Shown here: positions 50,558 to 60,872 of the stretch, one piece after another
Layout: every line of letters starts with the position of its first letter
Position numbering within the stretch: the first letter of the stretch is position 1
Origin: Flammeovirgaceae bacterium
GTDB lineage: Bacteria; Bacteroidota; Bacteroidia; Cytophagales; MED-G16
Length of the DNA stretch: 64,000 nucleotides
Direction: 5' to 3'
Assembly (NCBI GenBank): GCA_038113315.1
Contig: JAYNOQ010000001.1
Coordinates: 22,015-86,014 of the forward strand
Position numbers and translations under genes: made by a program
The notes under the pieces: generated by a model
The model's database searches: none
Told to the model about the DNA's origin: nothing
The model's input: the letters and a program-made list of their open reading frames with translations, nothing else

Positions 50558-51928
50558 ATGCAAAAGTTACAACTTAGACAAAATCAATCCCAAAAGCTTT
50601 CTCCTCAACAAATTCAGTTTATAAAACTATTACAATTATCCAATTCTAATATTGAGGCAGAAATTAAAAAAGAAATTGAAGAAAATCCTGCGCTTGAGGA
50701 AAATGAAAAAAACGAAAATATAGATACAGTTAATACAGAAAATTACAATTACTATCAAAAATCAAATAACGAAAATTCAAATTTCAATAGAGAAGAAAAT
50801 ATATCAAATACAGAATCATTTAGAGAAAATCTAATTTCTCAGCTTAATTACCAGAAGTTAGATAAAGGCGAGAATATAATTGCAAATCAAATTATAGGAA
50901 CATTAGATAATGATGGATACTTAAGAAGAGATATTGAGTCAATAATTGATGATATTGCATTTGCTGAAAACATTGAATTTAAAAATTCAGACATAGAAAA
51001 AGTACTTTTAAAAATTCAAAAACTTGAACCAGCTGGTATAGCTGCAAGAAATTTAGAAGAATGTTTAATTCTTCAAATTGATTCGATTGAAGAACCTACT
51101 CAAAATCAATTACTAGCAAAAAAAATTATTCTTGAGAATTTTAAAGAATTTACTAATAAAAAGTTTGATGTCATTTATCAAAAGTATGATCATCCAAAAA
51201 ATATAATAAATAATGCTTTTGATTATATCAAAACCCTAAACCCTAAACCATCTGGAGGACTTGAAGATTCTAATCTTACCGAATTTTTAATTCCTGATTT
51301 TATTGTAAAAAAAGATAATAATGAATTTATAGTTGAATTAGCATCTGGAAATAAACCATTAAATATTAATAAAAATTACATTTCTATTTATGATGAATTA
51401 AAAAATAAAAAAAATAAAGACAATGAATCTAAAGAATCATTTGATTTTATTAAGAGTAAATTAGAAAAAGCACAATGGTTTGTTGAAGCTTTAAATCAAA
51501 GAAACAACACATTACTTAAAACAATGAACACAATCGTTAAAATTCAGAAAAGATTTTTTAATGATGGAGATGAAAATGATTTGAAACCAATGATATTAAA
51601 AGATATTGCTGAAATTATTAAAATGGATATTTCTACAGTTAGTAGAATCGTAAAAAGTAAAAATGCTCAAACTGATTATGGAATTTTTCCTCTTCGATAT
51701 TTTTTCTCTGAATCAACAATTAAAAAGGGAGATGATTTAGTAAGTAGTAAAATTGTAAAAAATTATTTATCAGATCTAATAGAAAATGAAGATAAATCAT
51801 CACCATATTCAGATGATCAACTAGAGAAAATACTAAAAAAAGAGGGCTATGATGTTGCAAGAAGGACTGTAGCTAAATATAGAGAACAGTTAAATATCCC
51901 TGTAGCGAGATTGAGAAAAGAATATTAA
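50558..51928 (+). CDS. rpoN: RNA polymerase sigma-54 factor
   Basis: 456 aa. Region I (LQLRQNQSQKLSPQQIQFIKLLQL), an acidic/Asn-rich linker, a C-terminal HTH and the RpoN box (ARRTVAKYREQLNIP). Confidence 0.93.
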   Translation: MQKLQLRQNQSQKLSPQQIQFIKLLQLSNSNIEAEIKKEIEENPALEENEKNENIDTVNTENYNYYQKSNNENSNFNREENISNTESFRENLISQLNYQKLDKGENIIANQIIGTLDNDGYLRRDIESIIDDIAFAENIEFKNSDIEKVLLKIQKLEPAGIAARNLEECLILQIDSIEEPTQNQLLAKKIILENFKEFTNKKFDVIYQKYDHPKNIINNAFDYIKTLNPKPSGGLEDSNLTEFLIPDFIVKKDNNEFIVELASGNKPLNINKNYISIYDELKNKKNKDNESKESFDFIKSKLEKAQWFVEALNQRNNTLLKTMNTIVKIQKRFFNDGDENDLKPMILKDIAEIIKMDISTVSRIVKSKNAQTDYGIFPLRYFFSESTIKKGDDLVSSKIVKNYLSDLIENEDKSSPYSDDQLEKILKKEGYDVARRTVAKYREQLNIPVARLRKEY

Positions 51929-52653
51929 AAAATAGAAAAAGATATTCCTACCTTGTTAATATTCGGATTTACATTTTCATATATTGGCAAAGAATTATCA
52001 TCGAATAAATTAGAGATATATCTTTTATAATAAATATGAAAATTTCCAACTCCTATCTGGAAAGAAAGACCATATTTTAAGTCATTGATTCCAAAATCTT
52101 TTTTATTCTTAACTAGGTTAGCTGAATTATTAATTGTTTGTTTCAATTTTGTAGAAGAATTAAGTAATAATCCAATTTCACCACCAAAACCAATAAAAAA
52201 CCTTCTCTTATCGTAGGAACCTGAACCAAAATAATATCTAAAATCCAAAGGAACTACAAGATATGTTGATTTTAATGAGTTTTTATCTGGAGAGAAAGAA
52301 AGGGTATCAATTATTATATTTCGATTACCATCAACATCAAAGGATTCAGAAAGAATAACATCATTTGAAAATGACAGCCTATCATTTGAAATTCCAATAC
52401 CAGGATTAAATGAAAAGTCTTTACTTAAAAATAGAGGTTTTGAATAATATAAATCTAGTGAACGAGATGGAAAAAGATCCGACTTTAAAGAATGTCCTTT
52501 ATTCTCGACAAGAGTAAAACCAAAGTCAAGTTTTAAGTATCCTGGCAAATTAAAATTTGATTCTAAATTAATTTTATTTTCGGATGAACTTTGGGCAAAA
52601 GAACTGAACTGGAAAAATATAAATACTACTAATATTCTCGTGTATAGTTTCAT
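51925..52653 (-). CDS. Outer-membrane beta-barrel protein (PorT/OmpA-like small barrel family)
   Basis: 242 aa. Signal peptide (SFAQS), alternating beta-strand pattern, C-terminal SFSIF aromatic terminus. Confidence 0.6.
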   Translation of the reverse strand: MKLYTRILVVFIFFQFSSFAQSSSENKINLESNFNLPGYLKLDFGFTLVENKGHSLKSDLFPSRSLDLYYSKPLFLSKDFSFNPGIGISNDRLSFSNDVILSESFDVDGNRNIIIDTLSFSPDKNSLKSTYLVVPLDFRYYFGSGSYDKRRFFIGFGGEIGLLLNSSTKLKQTINNSANLVKNKKDFGINDLKYGLSFQIGVGNFHIYYKRYISNLFDDNSLPIYENVNPNINKVGISFSIF

Positions 52654-52720
52654 GACGGCAAATATATGTGATTATATTCTATATTCTAAATAATAAGAAA
52701 AGCTACTTGTTATTAATTGT

Positions 52721-52728
52721 TAAATTTG
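52721..52728 (+). promoter_or_regulatory. Candidate -7 promoter box for tRNA-Arg
   Basis: TAAATTTG (exact TAnnTTTG), ending 7 nt before the tRNA-Arg 5' end. No TTG at the canonical -33 spacing. Confidence 0.33.
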
Positions 52729-52735
52729 CGCTAAT

Positions 52736-52809
52736 GGACTCGTAGCTTAACTGGATAGAGCACCTGGTTACGGCCCAGGAGGTTGGGGGTTCGACTCCCT
52801 CCGAGTTCA
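52736..52809 (+). tRNA. tRNA-Arg (anticodon ACG)
   Basis: GGACTCG/TA/GCTT-AACTGGATA-GAGC/A/CCTGG-TTACGGC-CCAGG/AGGTT/GGGGG-TTCGACT-CCCTC/CGAGTTC/A. Confidence 0.9.
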
Positions 52810-52820
52810 CATATTTCTAA

Positions 52821-52837
52821 CTCAACTTTTAGTTGGG
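52821..52837. terminator. Weak hairpin between tRNA-Arg and the 3' end of the M14 peptidase gene
   Basis: CTCAACT-ttt-AGTTGGG (7-bp stem with one G-T pair, 3-nt loop). No flanking T-run on either strand, so terminator function is uncertain. Confidence 0.25.
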
Positions 52838-52842
52838 ATTGA

Positions 52843-54072
52843 TTAATTAAGCATTATCTTCATCATAGATAAAGCTGATTCTTTCCCAATTAATTGAATC
52901 CTATCTCGTGGTGTATTATCTCCAATTTCATATACAATTCCAACAGCTTTATGTGCATTAAGAAACCATCCTTTTGAAACAGGTTGCTTACTTACACTTG
53001 GCTGCTCATTAACTTCATAATCAGGAATATTTTCTTCTAAACTAGAAAACCAATTATCAAGAAAATAAGGCATTGAGGTTGAAGCTCTTTCCTCATTTGT
53101 ATAAAAAACATCATAAAATGTTGAATGAAAATCAATACCTAAAACAAGTTGTGAATTGTTATCTTTTAAGGTTTTTGAAATAAAATCCACTGTAGTTTTA
53201 ATTTCTTTCTGGTTGTAAGCTGACCAATCTCTATTTAAATCAATCCCACCAGCATTATGTCTCCAATGCCCAAGATCAACACCATCTGGATTCATAAGTG
53301 GAAATGCTAAAACCCTAAATTTTTCCAAAAAGGCAGATGAAAGATTACTTTCATCAAGGATTGTAGATAAATATGATTTAAAAGCTAGATATCCCGTCAC
53401 TTCAGGAGGGTGCTGTCTTGTAATTAAAACAACTACAGGCTTTTCTCTAGGGTTACCTTTATTAATATCTATCACCATAAATGGTCTTTTAAGTTTTGAT
53501 TTTCCAATCTTATTAAAACTTACATAATTCTCCTTCCCATCAATAACTTCATTAACCCAACTATAAACAATTTCACTGTTATTTAATTCTTGGCCAGAAA
53601 CAATAATTGGTTTATTATCTAAACTAAGTTTAAGAATACGTTTATTATTTAATTTCTGAAAAGAGGTCGAGTCTGATATTAACCATTTTCCATCTGATAA
53701 TATTTTAGGAATATATCTATGCTTATACCCTTCGGGATAATTAAATTCAAGTACTATTTTTTTTGGAGTTCTGCTCCATACCTCAAAGGCATAAAATGGA
53801 CTTGGATTAATAGGTTGATTTTCTGGGAGAATTGATATGATAAAAGATGTATCATTTTTTTTTATAACATCATTTAATCTAGCGCCTAGAAAATCATTTG
53901 AAAAATAAACACCAGCTTGTTCAAAAGAAAATGTTTTTTTCTCCTGTATACTAATTCTTTTACTTTTAGTATCAACTGGATCCTCAAATAAAATTTTTGG
54001 AGTAGTAATACAACCCCCTAAAAAAATAAGAACTAACCAAAAAAAAATAAAGAAATGAGGTTTATAATTCAT
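52843..54072 (-). CDS. M14-family zinc carboxypeptidase, predicted lipoprotein
   Basis: 409 aa. Lipobox (LGGC), then a ~200-aa N-terminal domain. The catalytic domain has QHPPEVTG (HxxE zinc site), NPDGVDLGHWRHNAGGIDLNRDW and IDFHS. Confidence 0.8.
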   Translation of the reverse strand: MNYKPHFFIFFWLVLIFLGGCITTPKILFEDPVDTKSKRISIQEKKTFSFEQAGVYFSNDFLGARLNDVIKKNDTSFIISILPENQPINPSPFYAFEVWSRTPKKIVLEFNYPEGYKHRYIPKILSDGKWLISDSTSFQKLNNKRILKLSLDNKPIIVSGQELNNSEIVYSWVNEVIDGKENYVSFNKIGKSKLKRPFMVIDINKGNPREKPVVVLITRQHPPEVTGYLAFKSYLSTILDESNLSSAFLEKFRVLAFPLMNPDGVDLGHWRHNAGGIDLNRDWSAYNQKEIKTTVDFISKTLKDNNSQLVLGIDFHSTFYDVFYTNEERASTSMPYFLDNWFSSLEENIPDYEVNEQPSVSKQPVSKGWFLNAHKAVGIVYEIGDNTPRDRIQLIGKESALSMMKIMLN

Positions 54073-54074
54073 CC

Positions 54075-54929
54075 TTAATTATTCTTTAAGACAGATTGAA
54101 GTTCTATATATTTTTCTATTGCAGACTGAGCTGTTAAGTGGAAAGTTTTATCTAATTCTAATTTCATTGAATTTGTATAAACTTCATTTTTAGAAAATTT
54201 TAAATAAAAATTATCTGGATTTATACCCTTCTTAACATTTGTAGTAAGAGTTGAATTAATTTCAAGTCCCTCAACAGGAATCTCACAAATTACTGGGTTA
54301 TATTCTTTTAAACCTTGATCAATAATTTTATTTGTCATATTTTCAAATGGTATAGGAATTTCAATTTTTTCCCTATTATTAAAAAAATAAATCTTTTCTT
54401 GAGATGATAAAATAGTAAATTTTGATGGTCTTGATTCATCTAGATGAAGTCTTATTAAATCATTATTTAAATAATATTCTACTATTGTATTTTCTTTATT
54501 TGTATTATTTTTTTTTGTGCTCTTAGTCAAAGTTCTTTTATCAACAACTTGTGTAGGAGGTTCTGAATCAACTTTAACTGCCCCTGCACTATTTACATAA
54601 GCTGATTGTGTAAGTGGAGGAGGAGCATTTGATCCAACATCACCTATATCATTATTTTCTTCAGAAAATATTTTAGGATCACTTACATTAATTTTTTGTT
54701 CAGATTTAATGAAAGAGGATACATAGTATAAGGGCTTATTAACTTTATTAGTTAATTTAAATTTTATGTTATATGTGTTTTTTTTCTTTGTTTCTTCAAC
54801 AAGATCAACCACATACACAACACTGATATATTCATTCTCGATCAATTTATTTTGATCTTTAAAAGAAGATATTAAAAATAGTAAGTTTATCAATACATTT
54901 ATCATATATACAATCTTATAAAGATTCAA
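54075..54929 (-). CDS. Hypothetical membrane-anchored protein
   Basis: 284 aa. N-terminal hydrophobic anchor and a central low-complexity Pro/Thr/Asn linker (NAPPPLTQ...EPPTQ). It ends 2 nt before the M14 peptidase start. No family recognised. Confidence 0.45.
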   Translation of the reverse strand: MNLYKIVYMINVLINLLFLISSFKDQNKLIENEYISVVYVVDLVEETKKKNTYNIKFKLTNKVNKPLYYVSSFIKSEQKINVSDPKIFSEENNDIGDVGSNAPPPLTQSAYVNSAGAVKVDSEPPTQVVDKRTLTKSTKKNNTNKENTIVEYYLNNDLIRLHLDESRPSKFTILSSQEKIYFFNNREKIEIPIPFENMTNKIIDQGLKEYNPVICEIPVEGLEINSTLTTNVKKGINPDNFYLKFSKNEVYTNSMKLELDKTFHLTAQSAIEKYIELQSVLKNN

Positions 54930-54992
54930 AAAAAATTCAAAATTGATTTGAAGTAGAGTTAAAGAATATATTTTGTATTAATTTTAATTTGT

Positions 54993-56402
54993 ATGAAAAT
55001 AAGGGAATTTTTTTTAGTTATTATATTTCTTATAGGATGTGCTGATAAAGAAATCAATAATAAAATAATTATTGAAAATATAAAAGCTGATACTTTAAAT
55101 GGAGGATTAATTTTACCAGGAGGTTTTGAATCATTAGTAGTTACGGAAGGAGTTGGCCCTTCTAGACATTTAGCGGTAAATAATAATGGGGATATTTATG
55201 TAAAACTTAGAACAGCAACTGGAAGAAATGGTAATGTTGCCTTGAGAGATACGAATGGTGATGGAAAAGCAGATATAATTGAACGATTTGGAGATTATCC
55301 TAATGATGGAAAATTTGGAACAGAAATGAAGATAAATGAAGGATACCTATACTATAGCTCTGAACTAGTAGTATATCGTCAAAAACTATCAGAAAATCAA
55401 TTAATCCCTATCGGAAAACCAGAAATAATAGTAGTTGATCCCTATCCAATAAGATGGCATAACGCGAAATCATTAGCGTTTGATAAAAATGATAATATTT
55501 ATGTCACATTTAGTGCACCCACAAACGCATGTGAAGATTGGGACTCAAAGCCAAATACATATTCTACAAGAGATGTTAAAGGTCAATATCCTTGTGAACA
55601 ACTAGATATCCTTGCAGGAATATGGAAATTCAATAAGAATACATTAGGCCAAGATATTTCTGATGGAGAGAGATACGCAACTGGAATAAGAAGTGTCGTA
55701 GGATTGACATGGAATAATTTAACTAATAGTCTTTATGGTGTAAATCACGGAAGAGATTTTCTATATAATCATGCTCCACAATTTTATTCAGAATGGGACA
55801 ATGCCATATTACCTGCTGAAGAATTTATGAAAATTAGTGAAGGTGATGATTTCGGATGGCCATATACCTATTATAATCAGTTTAAAAATGAGAGAATAAT
55901 TGCACCAGAATACGGAGGAGACAGTAATAAAAAAGCTGCTGAATCTTATGCAAATCCTATTATGGGATTACCTGCACACTGGGCACCAAATGATCTTCTA
56001 TTTTATACTGGAAATCAATTTCCTGAAAGATATAAGAACGGAGCATTTATTGCATTTCATGGGTCAACAAATAGAGTACCATATCCACAAGCTGGATATG
56101 TAGTTGGATTTATCCCATTTAAGGAAGGTAAGCCTAATGGAGACTTAGAAATTTTTGCTGATGGATTTGCAGGAAAAGAAATATTGATTGATATGGAAGA
56201 CGCAAAATATAGACCTATGGGTTTAGCTCAAGGTCCTGACGGATCACTATTCATATCAGAGTCAAAAAAAGGTAAAATTTGGAGAGTATTTTTTTCTGGA
56301 GATAGAAATAACTTTGGAGAGAAAGAATTAGATTCTATGGTTAAGAGAGAAGAAAGAAGTTACACTAAAATACCTGATAAAATAAATGACAGAATAGAAT
56401 AA
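54993..56402 (+). CDS. PQQ-dependent sugar (glucose/sorbosone) dehydrogenase-like beta-propeller protein, lipoprotein
   Basis: 469 aa. Lipobox (LIGC). Motifs NNNGDIYV, RDTNGDGKAD, GIRSVVGLTWN, GDDFGWPY, AHWAPNDLLFY, GPDGSLFISE are typical of the soluble aldose/sorbosone dehydrogenase fold. Confidence 0.68.
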   Translation: MKIREFFLVIIFLIGCADKEINNKIIIENIKADTLNGGLILPGGFESLVVTEGVGPSRHLAVNNNGDIYVKLRTATGRNGNVALRDTNGDGKADIIERFGDYPNDGKFGTEMKINEGYLYYSSELVVYRQKLSENQLIPIGKPEIIVVDPYPIRWHNAKSLAFDKNDNIYVTFSAPTNACEDWDSKPNTYSTRDVKGQYPCEQLDILAGIWKFNKNTLGQDISDGERYATGIRSVVGLTWNNLTNSLYGVNHGRDFLYNHAPQFYSEWDNAILPAEEFMKISEGDDFGWPYTYYNQFKNERIIAPEYGGDSNKKAAESYANPIMGLPAHWAPNDLLFYTGNQFPERYKNGAFIAFHGSTNRVPYPQAGYVVGFIPFKEGKPNGDLEIFADGFAGKEILIDMEDAKYRPMGLAQGPDGSLFISESKKGKIWRVFFSGDRNNFGEKELDSMVKREERSYTKIPDKINDRIE

Positions 56403-56403
56403 A

Positions 56404-58293
56404 TTAATTAGTTTTTTTAAAAGAACTAATTATTTTGTCAACAATTTCTGGATTTAATAAAGTTGAAATATCTCCAAAATTATTAAACTCATTTGAAGCG
56501 ATTTTTCGCAAAATTCTTCTCATAATTTTACCTGATCTTGTTTTTGGTAACCCAGGAACTATTAAAATTTTATCCGGTTTTGCAATAGGTCCGATATGAT
56601 TTGAGACAGTTTTTCTAATAGAGTCAAAATAATCTGTTTTTTCACTTTCATTATTTATTATTACAAACCCAAAGATACCTTGACCTTTAATGTCGTGTGG
56701 ATATCCAACAACAGCAGATTCAACTACATCACTATTTTGGTTAATAGCATCTTCAACCTCAGCAGTTCCTATCCTATGTCCAGAAACGTTTATTACATCA
56801 TCGACTCTTCCTAAAATTCTATACATACCATTCTCATCTCTTTTTGCACCATCGCCTGTAAAATAGAAACCTTTAAAGGTAGAAAAATAAGTTTCCTTAC
56901 ATCTCTTGTGATCACCGTACGTGGTTCTTAAGATAGATGGCCAAGGAAACTTAATACATAAATTTCCTTCTATATTATTCTCTAAAATTTCATTACCATC
57001 GTTATCTAGTAGGACTGGCTGTATTCCAGGTAACGGTAAAGTTGCATATGTTGGTTTACATTCAATAATATTAGGAAGTGGTGATATCATTATACCACCA
57101 GTTTCTGTCTGCCACCATGTATCAACTATCGGACAATTATTTTTACCTACCTTTTCATTATACCAATTCCAAGCTTCCTCATTGATTGGTTCACCAACCG
57201 ATCCAATAACTTTGAGGGAAGAAAGGTCTGATTTTTCTAAAAATTTCTCTCCAAAAGATTGCAATGCTCTTATTGCAGTTGGAGCTGTATAAAATTGATT
57301 AACATTATATTTATCAATAATATTCCAAAATCTTGAAGGATCTGGATATGTAGGAACCCCTTCAAACATAATAGTTTTTGCTCCTTTTAGAAGAGGACCA
57401 TAAACTATATAACTATGACCAGTAATCCATCCTACATCTGCAGTGCACCAGTATGTATCTCCATCTTTATACTGAAATACATTTTCAAAAGTAAAATGTG
57501 TAAATATCATGTAACCGGCACATGTGTGGACAACACCTTTTGGTTTTCCCGTTGACCCAGAAGTATATAAAATAAACAATAAATCTTCGGAATTCATTTC
57601 AACAGCTGAACAATAATCTTCTACATTTTTTACTTCTTCATGATACCAATAATCTCTCCCTTTCATCATTTCAACATTACCTGAAGTTCTTCTAACAGTT
57701 AAAATACTTTTAACTGAAGGACAACTTTTTACAGCTTCATCAACTACAGCTTTAACAGGAACTGTTTTATTTCCTCTAAAATTTCCATCAGAAGTTATAA
57801 CAACTTTAGCCTCACAATCATTAATTCTATCAGACAATGAATTAGCACTAAATCCAGCAAAAACAACAGAATGAACAGCACCTATCCTTGCGCAAGCAAG
57901 CATTGAAATTGCAGCCTCTGGAATCATAGGAATATATATAATTACTCGATCACCTTTTTTAACTCCTAACTTTTTTAGAACATTTGCAAAGCGACAGACC
58001 TCCTCGAATAACTGTCCATAGGTAAATGATTTCTCTTTATCATTTGGTTCATTTGGTTCCCATACAATAGCAGTTTGATTTTTTTTATCTTGATTTCTTT
58101 CGAAAATATTTTCAGTAATATTTAAACTACCATCTTGAAACCACTTGACATCAGGAGATTCAAAATTCCAATCTAAGATTTTAGCTGCTTTTTTTCTCCA
58201 AATAAATTGTTCGGAATAATCATTCCAAAACTTTTCTGGATCACTTACACTTAAATTATATTGCTTATGATAGTCTTCTAGAGTTTTAATCAT
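56404..58293 (-). CDS. acs: Acetyl-CoA synthetase
   Basis: 629 aa. AMP-binding YTSGSTGKPKG, WWQTETGG, YFTGDGAKRDENGMYRILGRVDDVINVSGHRIGTAE, and C-terminal PKTRSGKIMRR. Confidence 0.96.
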   Translation of the reverse strand: MIKTLEDYHKQYNLSVSDPEKFWNDYSEQFIWRKKAAKILDWNFESPDVKWFQDGSLNITENIFERNQDKKNQTAIVWEPNEPNDKEKSFTYGQLFEEVCRFANVLKKLGVKKGDRVIIYIPMIPEAAISMLACARIGAVHSVVFAGFSANSLSDRINDCEAKVVITSDGNFRGNKTVPVKAVVDEAVKSCPSVKSILTVRRTSGNVEMMKGRDYWYHEEVKNVEDYCSAVEMNSEDLLFILYTSGSTGKPKGVVHTCAGYMIFTHFTFENVFQYKDGDTYWCTADVGWITGHSYIVYGPLLKGAKTIMFEGVPTYPDPSRFWNIIDKYNVNQFYTAPTAIRALQSFGEKFLEKSDLSSLKVIGSVGEPINEEAWNWYNEKVGKNNCPIVDTWWQTETGGIMISPLPNIIECKPTYATLPLPGIQPVLLDNDGNEILENNIEGNLCIKFPWPSILRTTYGDHKRCKETYFSTFKGFYFTGDGAKRDENGMYRILGRVDDVINVSGHRIGTAEVEDAINQNSDVVESAVVGYPHDIKGQGIFGFVIINNESEKTDYFDSIRKTVSNHIGPIAKPDKILIVPGLPKTRSGKIMRRILRKIASNEFNNFGDISTLLNPEIVDKIISSFKKTN

Positions 58294-58311
58294 ATTTCAA
58301 TTTATGAAAAA

Positions 58312-59634
58312 TTATAAAAGTTCATTAGCTAAATTCGCAAGATCTGATCTTTCACCTTTTTTAAGTGTTATATGAGAGTATAGTTTTTGTCCTTTAAGCT
58401 TATCAATTAAATACGAAAGACCATTACTTTGAGAGTCAAGATAAGGCGTGTCAATTTGATTAATATCTCCAGCAAAAACAATTTTTGTATTTTCTCCAGC
58501 TCGAGATATTATAGTTTTTATCTCATGTGGAGTGAGATTTTGAGCTTCATCAACAATAAAGATAATATTTGAAAAACTTCTACCCCTTATATAAGCTAAA
58601 GGCTGAATAACAAGCTTCTCTGATTCAATCATATTTTTTAGTATTTTAAATTCTTTAGAGGTCTGCTTATACTGATTCTGGATATATTTAAAATTATCCC
58701 ATAAAGGTTCCATATATGGATTAATCTTTGAGTTAATATCTCCAGGTAAATACCCAATATCTTTATTGCCCAGTGGTACAATAGGCCTTGCTACAAATAT
58801 TTGTTTATAATTTCTTCGCTGAGATATTGCAGATGCTAATGCTAAAAGAGTTTTACCTGTTCCTGCAACTCCATTAATAGAAACTAAAGAAACATTTTCA
58901 TTTAATAAAGAATGAATTGCAAAGGCTTGCTCAGCATTTCTTGGTTTAATTCCGGAGATTGTTGTCTTCTCTACTCTATTAATTGTTTGTTTATCACTAT
59001 CATAATATACGAGAGCTGATTTATTAGAATCTTTTAATACATAATACGAATTATCTATGAGCTTTTTTCTAGGAAAAATATCTTTTTTATCGATTGAGTT
59101 ACTTTCATAAACTTTATCAATAATAGCAGGTTTAATATTTTCAATTATTTTCTCTTCTAGATCTAAGGAATTTAAATTTTCAATTTTACCAGTTAAATAA
59201 TCCTCTGCCTTTAGATTTAGAGATTTAGCTTTTAATCTTAAGTTAATATCCTTTGAGACAAGAGTGACAATTTTATTTTTTTCCTCTTTTTGTAAGTTTA
59301 ATGCTGAGTCTAAAATTTTATGATCATTTATATCATCATTAAAAATATTATTTTTTGTTTTCTGATTAACAAGAATTTTAAATTTACCTTTTGTTTTACC
59401 ATTTAATGGAATCCAATCGTTAAGCATTTTATCAATAGAGAGTTTATCTATCATTCTAATAAATTCTCTTGCTTCAAAATTTAAGGTATCGTTTCCCTTT
59501 TTCATTTGATCAAGTTCTTCTAAAACTGTTATCGGTATTCCAATATCATTCTCTTCAAAATTCATGATAGAATCATGAGAATATAAGATCACTGATGTAT
59601 CAAGAACATATATTTTTTTCTTTTTCTGTGACAC
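58312..59634 (-). CDS. PhoH-family ATPase with N-terminal PIN domain (YlaK-like)
   Basis: 440 aa. N-terminal PIN-like YVLDTSVIL...VLEELD. C-terminal PhoH P-loop GVAGTGKT and Walker B FIIVDEAQN. Confidence 0.85.
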   Translation of the reverse strand: MSQKKKKIYVLDTSVILYSHDSIMNFEENDIGIPITVLEELDQMKKGNDTLNFEAREFIRMIDKLSIDKMLNDWIPLNGKTKGKFKILVNQKTKNNIFNDDINDHKILDSALNLQKEEKNKIVTLVSKDINLRLKAKSLNLKAEDYLTGKIENLNSLDLEEKIIENIKPAIIDKVYESNSIDKKDIFPRKKLIDNSYYVLKDSNKSALVYYDSDKQTINRVEKTTISGIKPRNAEQAFAIHSLLNENVSLVSINGVAGTGKTLLALASAISQRRNYKQIFVARPIVPLGNKDIGYLPGDINSKINPYMEPLWDNFKYIQNQYKQTSKEFKILKNMIESEKLVIQPLAYIRGRSFSNIIFIVDEAQNLTPHEIKTIISRAGENTKIVFAGDINQIDTPYLDSQSNGLSYLIDKLKGQKLYSHITLKKGERSDLANLANELL

Positions 59635-60758
59635 TACCCTTTATTTAAAATGTTTTTATAAAACTCAACATATTTTGGTAATATTATGTTTATATCATAA
59701 TTATTTGCAATTCTAAGTGCATTTTCCTTAAAACCACTTAGATTTTTTTTATCTAAAACTTTTATCGCTTTCTCTGACATAGAATTAACATCACCTATAT
59801 CACATGTAAAACCAGATACCCCCTCCTCAACTAACTCGGGTAATCCTCCTGCATTAGAAGAAATTACTGGAACTGAAGAAGCCATTGCCTCTAAGGCAGA
59901 TAATCCAAAGCTTTCTTTTTCAGATGTTAAAAGAAATAAATCAGCTTTATAAAGCACGGTTTCTACATCTGGAATTTTTCCAACAAACATAACATCTCTT
60001 AAGGAACACAAAGATCTTGTAAGAGACTCAATGTTTGCTCTTTCAGGACCATCACCAATCATTATTAATTTGGAAGGAATTTCTTTATTTATCTTACAGA
60101 AGACATTAATTACATCTTGAATTCTTTTTACCTTTCTGAAGTTAGAAGTATGAATTAACAACCTTTCCCCTTTTGGACATAACTTACTCCTAAATGGATT
60201 TCTTTTAACCTTAGAATATTTATCAATATCAATAAAATTAGGAATTACATTAATTTCATTTGTTATATTAAATAGACTTAATGTTTCCTCTTTTAAACTA
60301 TTTGAAACAGCAGTAACCCCATCCGAATTATTAATAGAATAATTAATCACAGGTTTACAAGATGGATCCTTACCAACTAAAGTAATATCTGTACCATGTA
60401 AAGTAGTTATAACAGGGATATCTATCCCCATTGATTTTAAAATTTCTTTTGCTAATAATGCAGAGGATGCATGGGGGATAGCATAATGTACATGAATAAA
60501 ATCAAGCTTCTCGAACTGAACAATTTCAACAAGCTTACTTGTTAGAGATGTTTCATATGGGGGATATTCAAAGAGGGGGTAATTTTTAATAGATACTTCG
60601 TGATAAAATAAATTATTACTAAAAATGTTTAATCTGGCTGGCTGTGCGTATGATATAAAATGAACAGTATTACCAGTTTCAGATAAAGCTTTTCCTAGTT
60701 CAGTTGCAACAATGCCACTTCCTCCAAACGTAGGGTAACAGACAATACCTATCTTCAT
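59634..60758 (-). CDS. bshA: N-acetyl-alpha-D-glucosaminyl L-malate synthase (GT4 glycosyltransferase, bacillithiol biosynthesis)
   Basis: 374 aa. The N-terminus MKIGIVCYPTFGGSGIVATELGKALSETGNTVHFISY is the characteristic BshA start. GT4 EX7E region ESFGLSALEAMASSVPVI. Confidence 0.78.
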   Translation of the reverse strand: MKIGIVCYPTFGGSGIVATELGKALSETGNTVHFISYAQPARLNIFSNNLFYHEVSIKNYPLFEYPPYETSLTSKLVEIVQFEKLDFIHVHYAIPHASSALLAKEILKSMGIDIPVITTLHGTDITLVGKDPSCKPVINYSINNSDGVTAVSNSLKEETLSLFNITNEINVIPNFIDIDKYSKVKRNPFRSKLCPKGERLLIHTSNFRKVKRIQDVINVFCKINKEIPSKLIMIGDGPERANIESLTRSLCSLRDVMFVGKIPDVETVLYKADLFLLTSEKESFGLSALEAMASSVPVISSNAGGLPELVEEGVSGFTCDIGDVNSMSEKAIKVLDKKNLSGFKENALRIANNYDINIILPKYVEFYKNILNKG

Positions 60759-60872
60759 AAAATGAATTATATTTTTTTAAGAAAACTTAAGAGTTCCTTA
60801 ATAAATTATCTATTACTAATTTAACAATTTTTCAATCTATCTTTATGTAATAATTAATTTGATTTACTAAAT

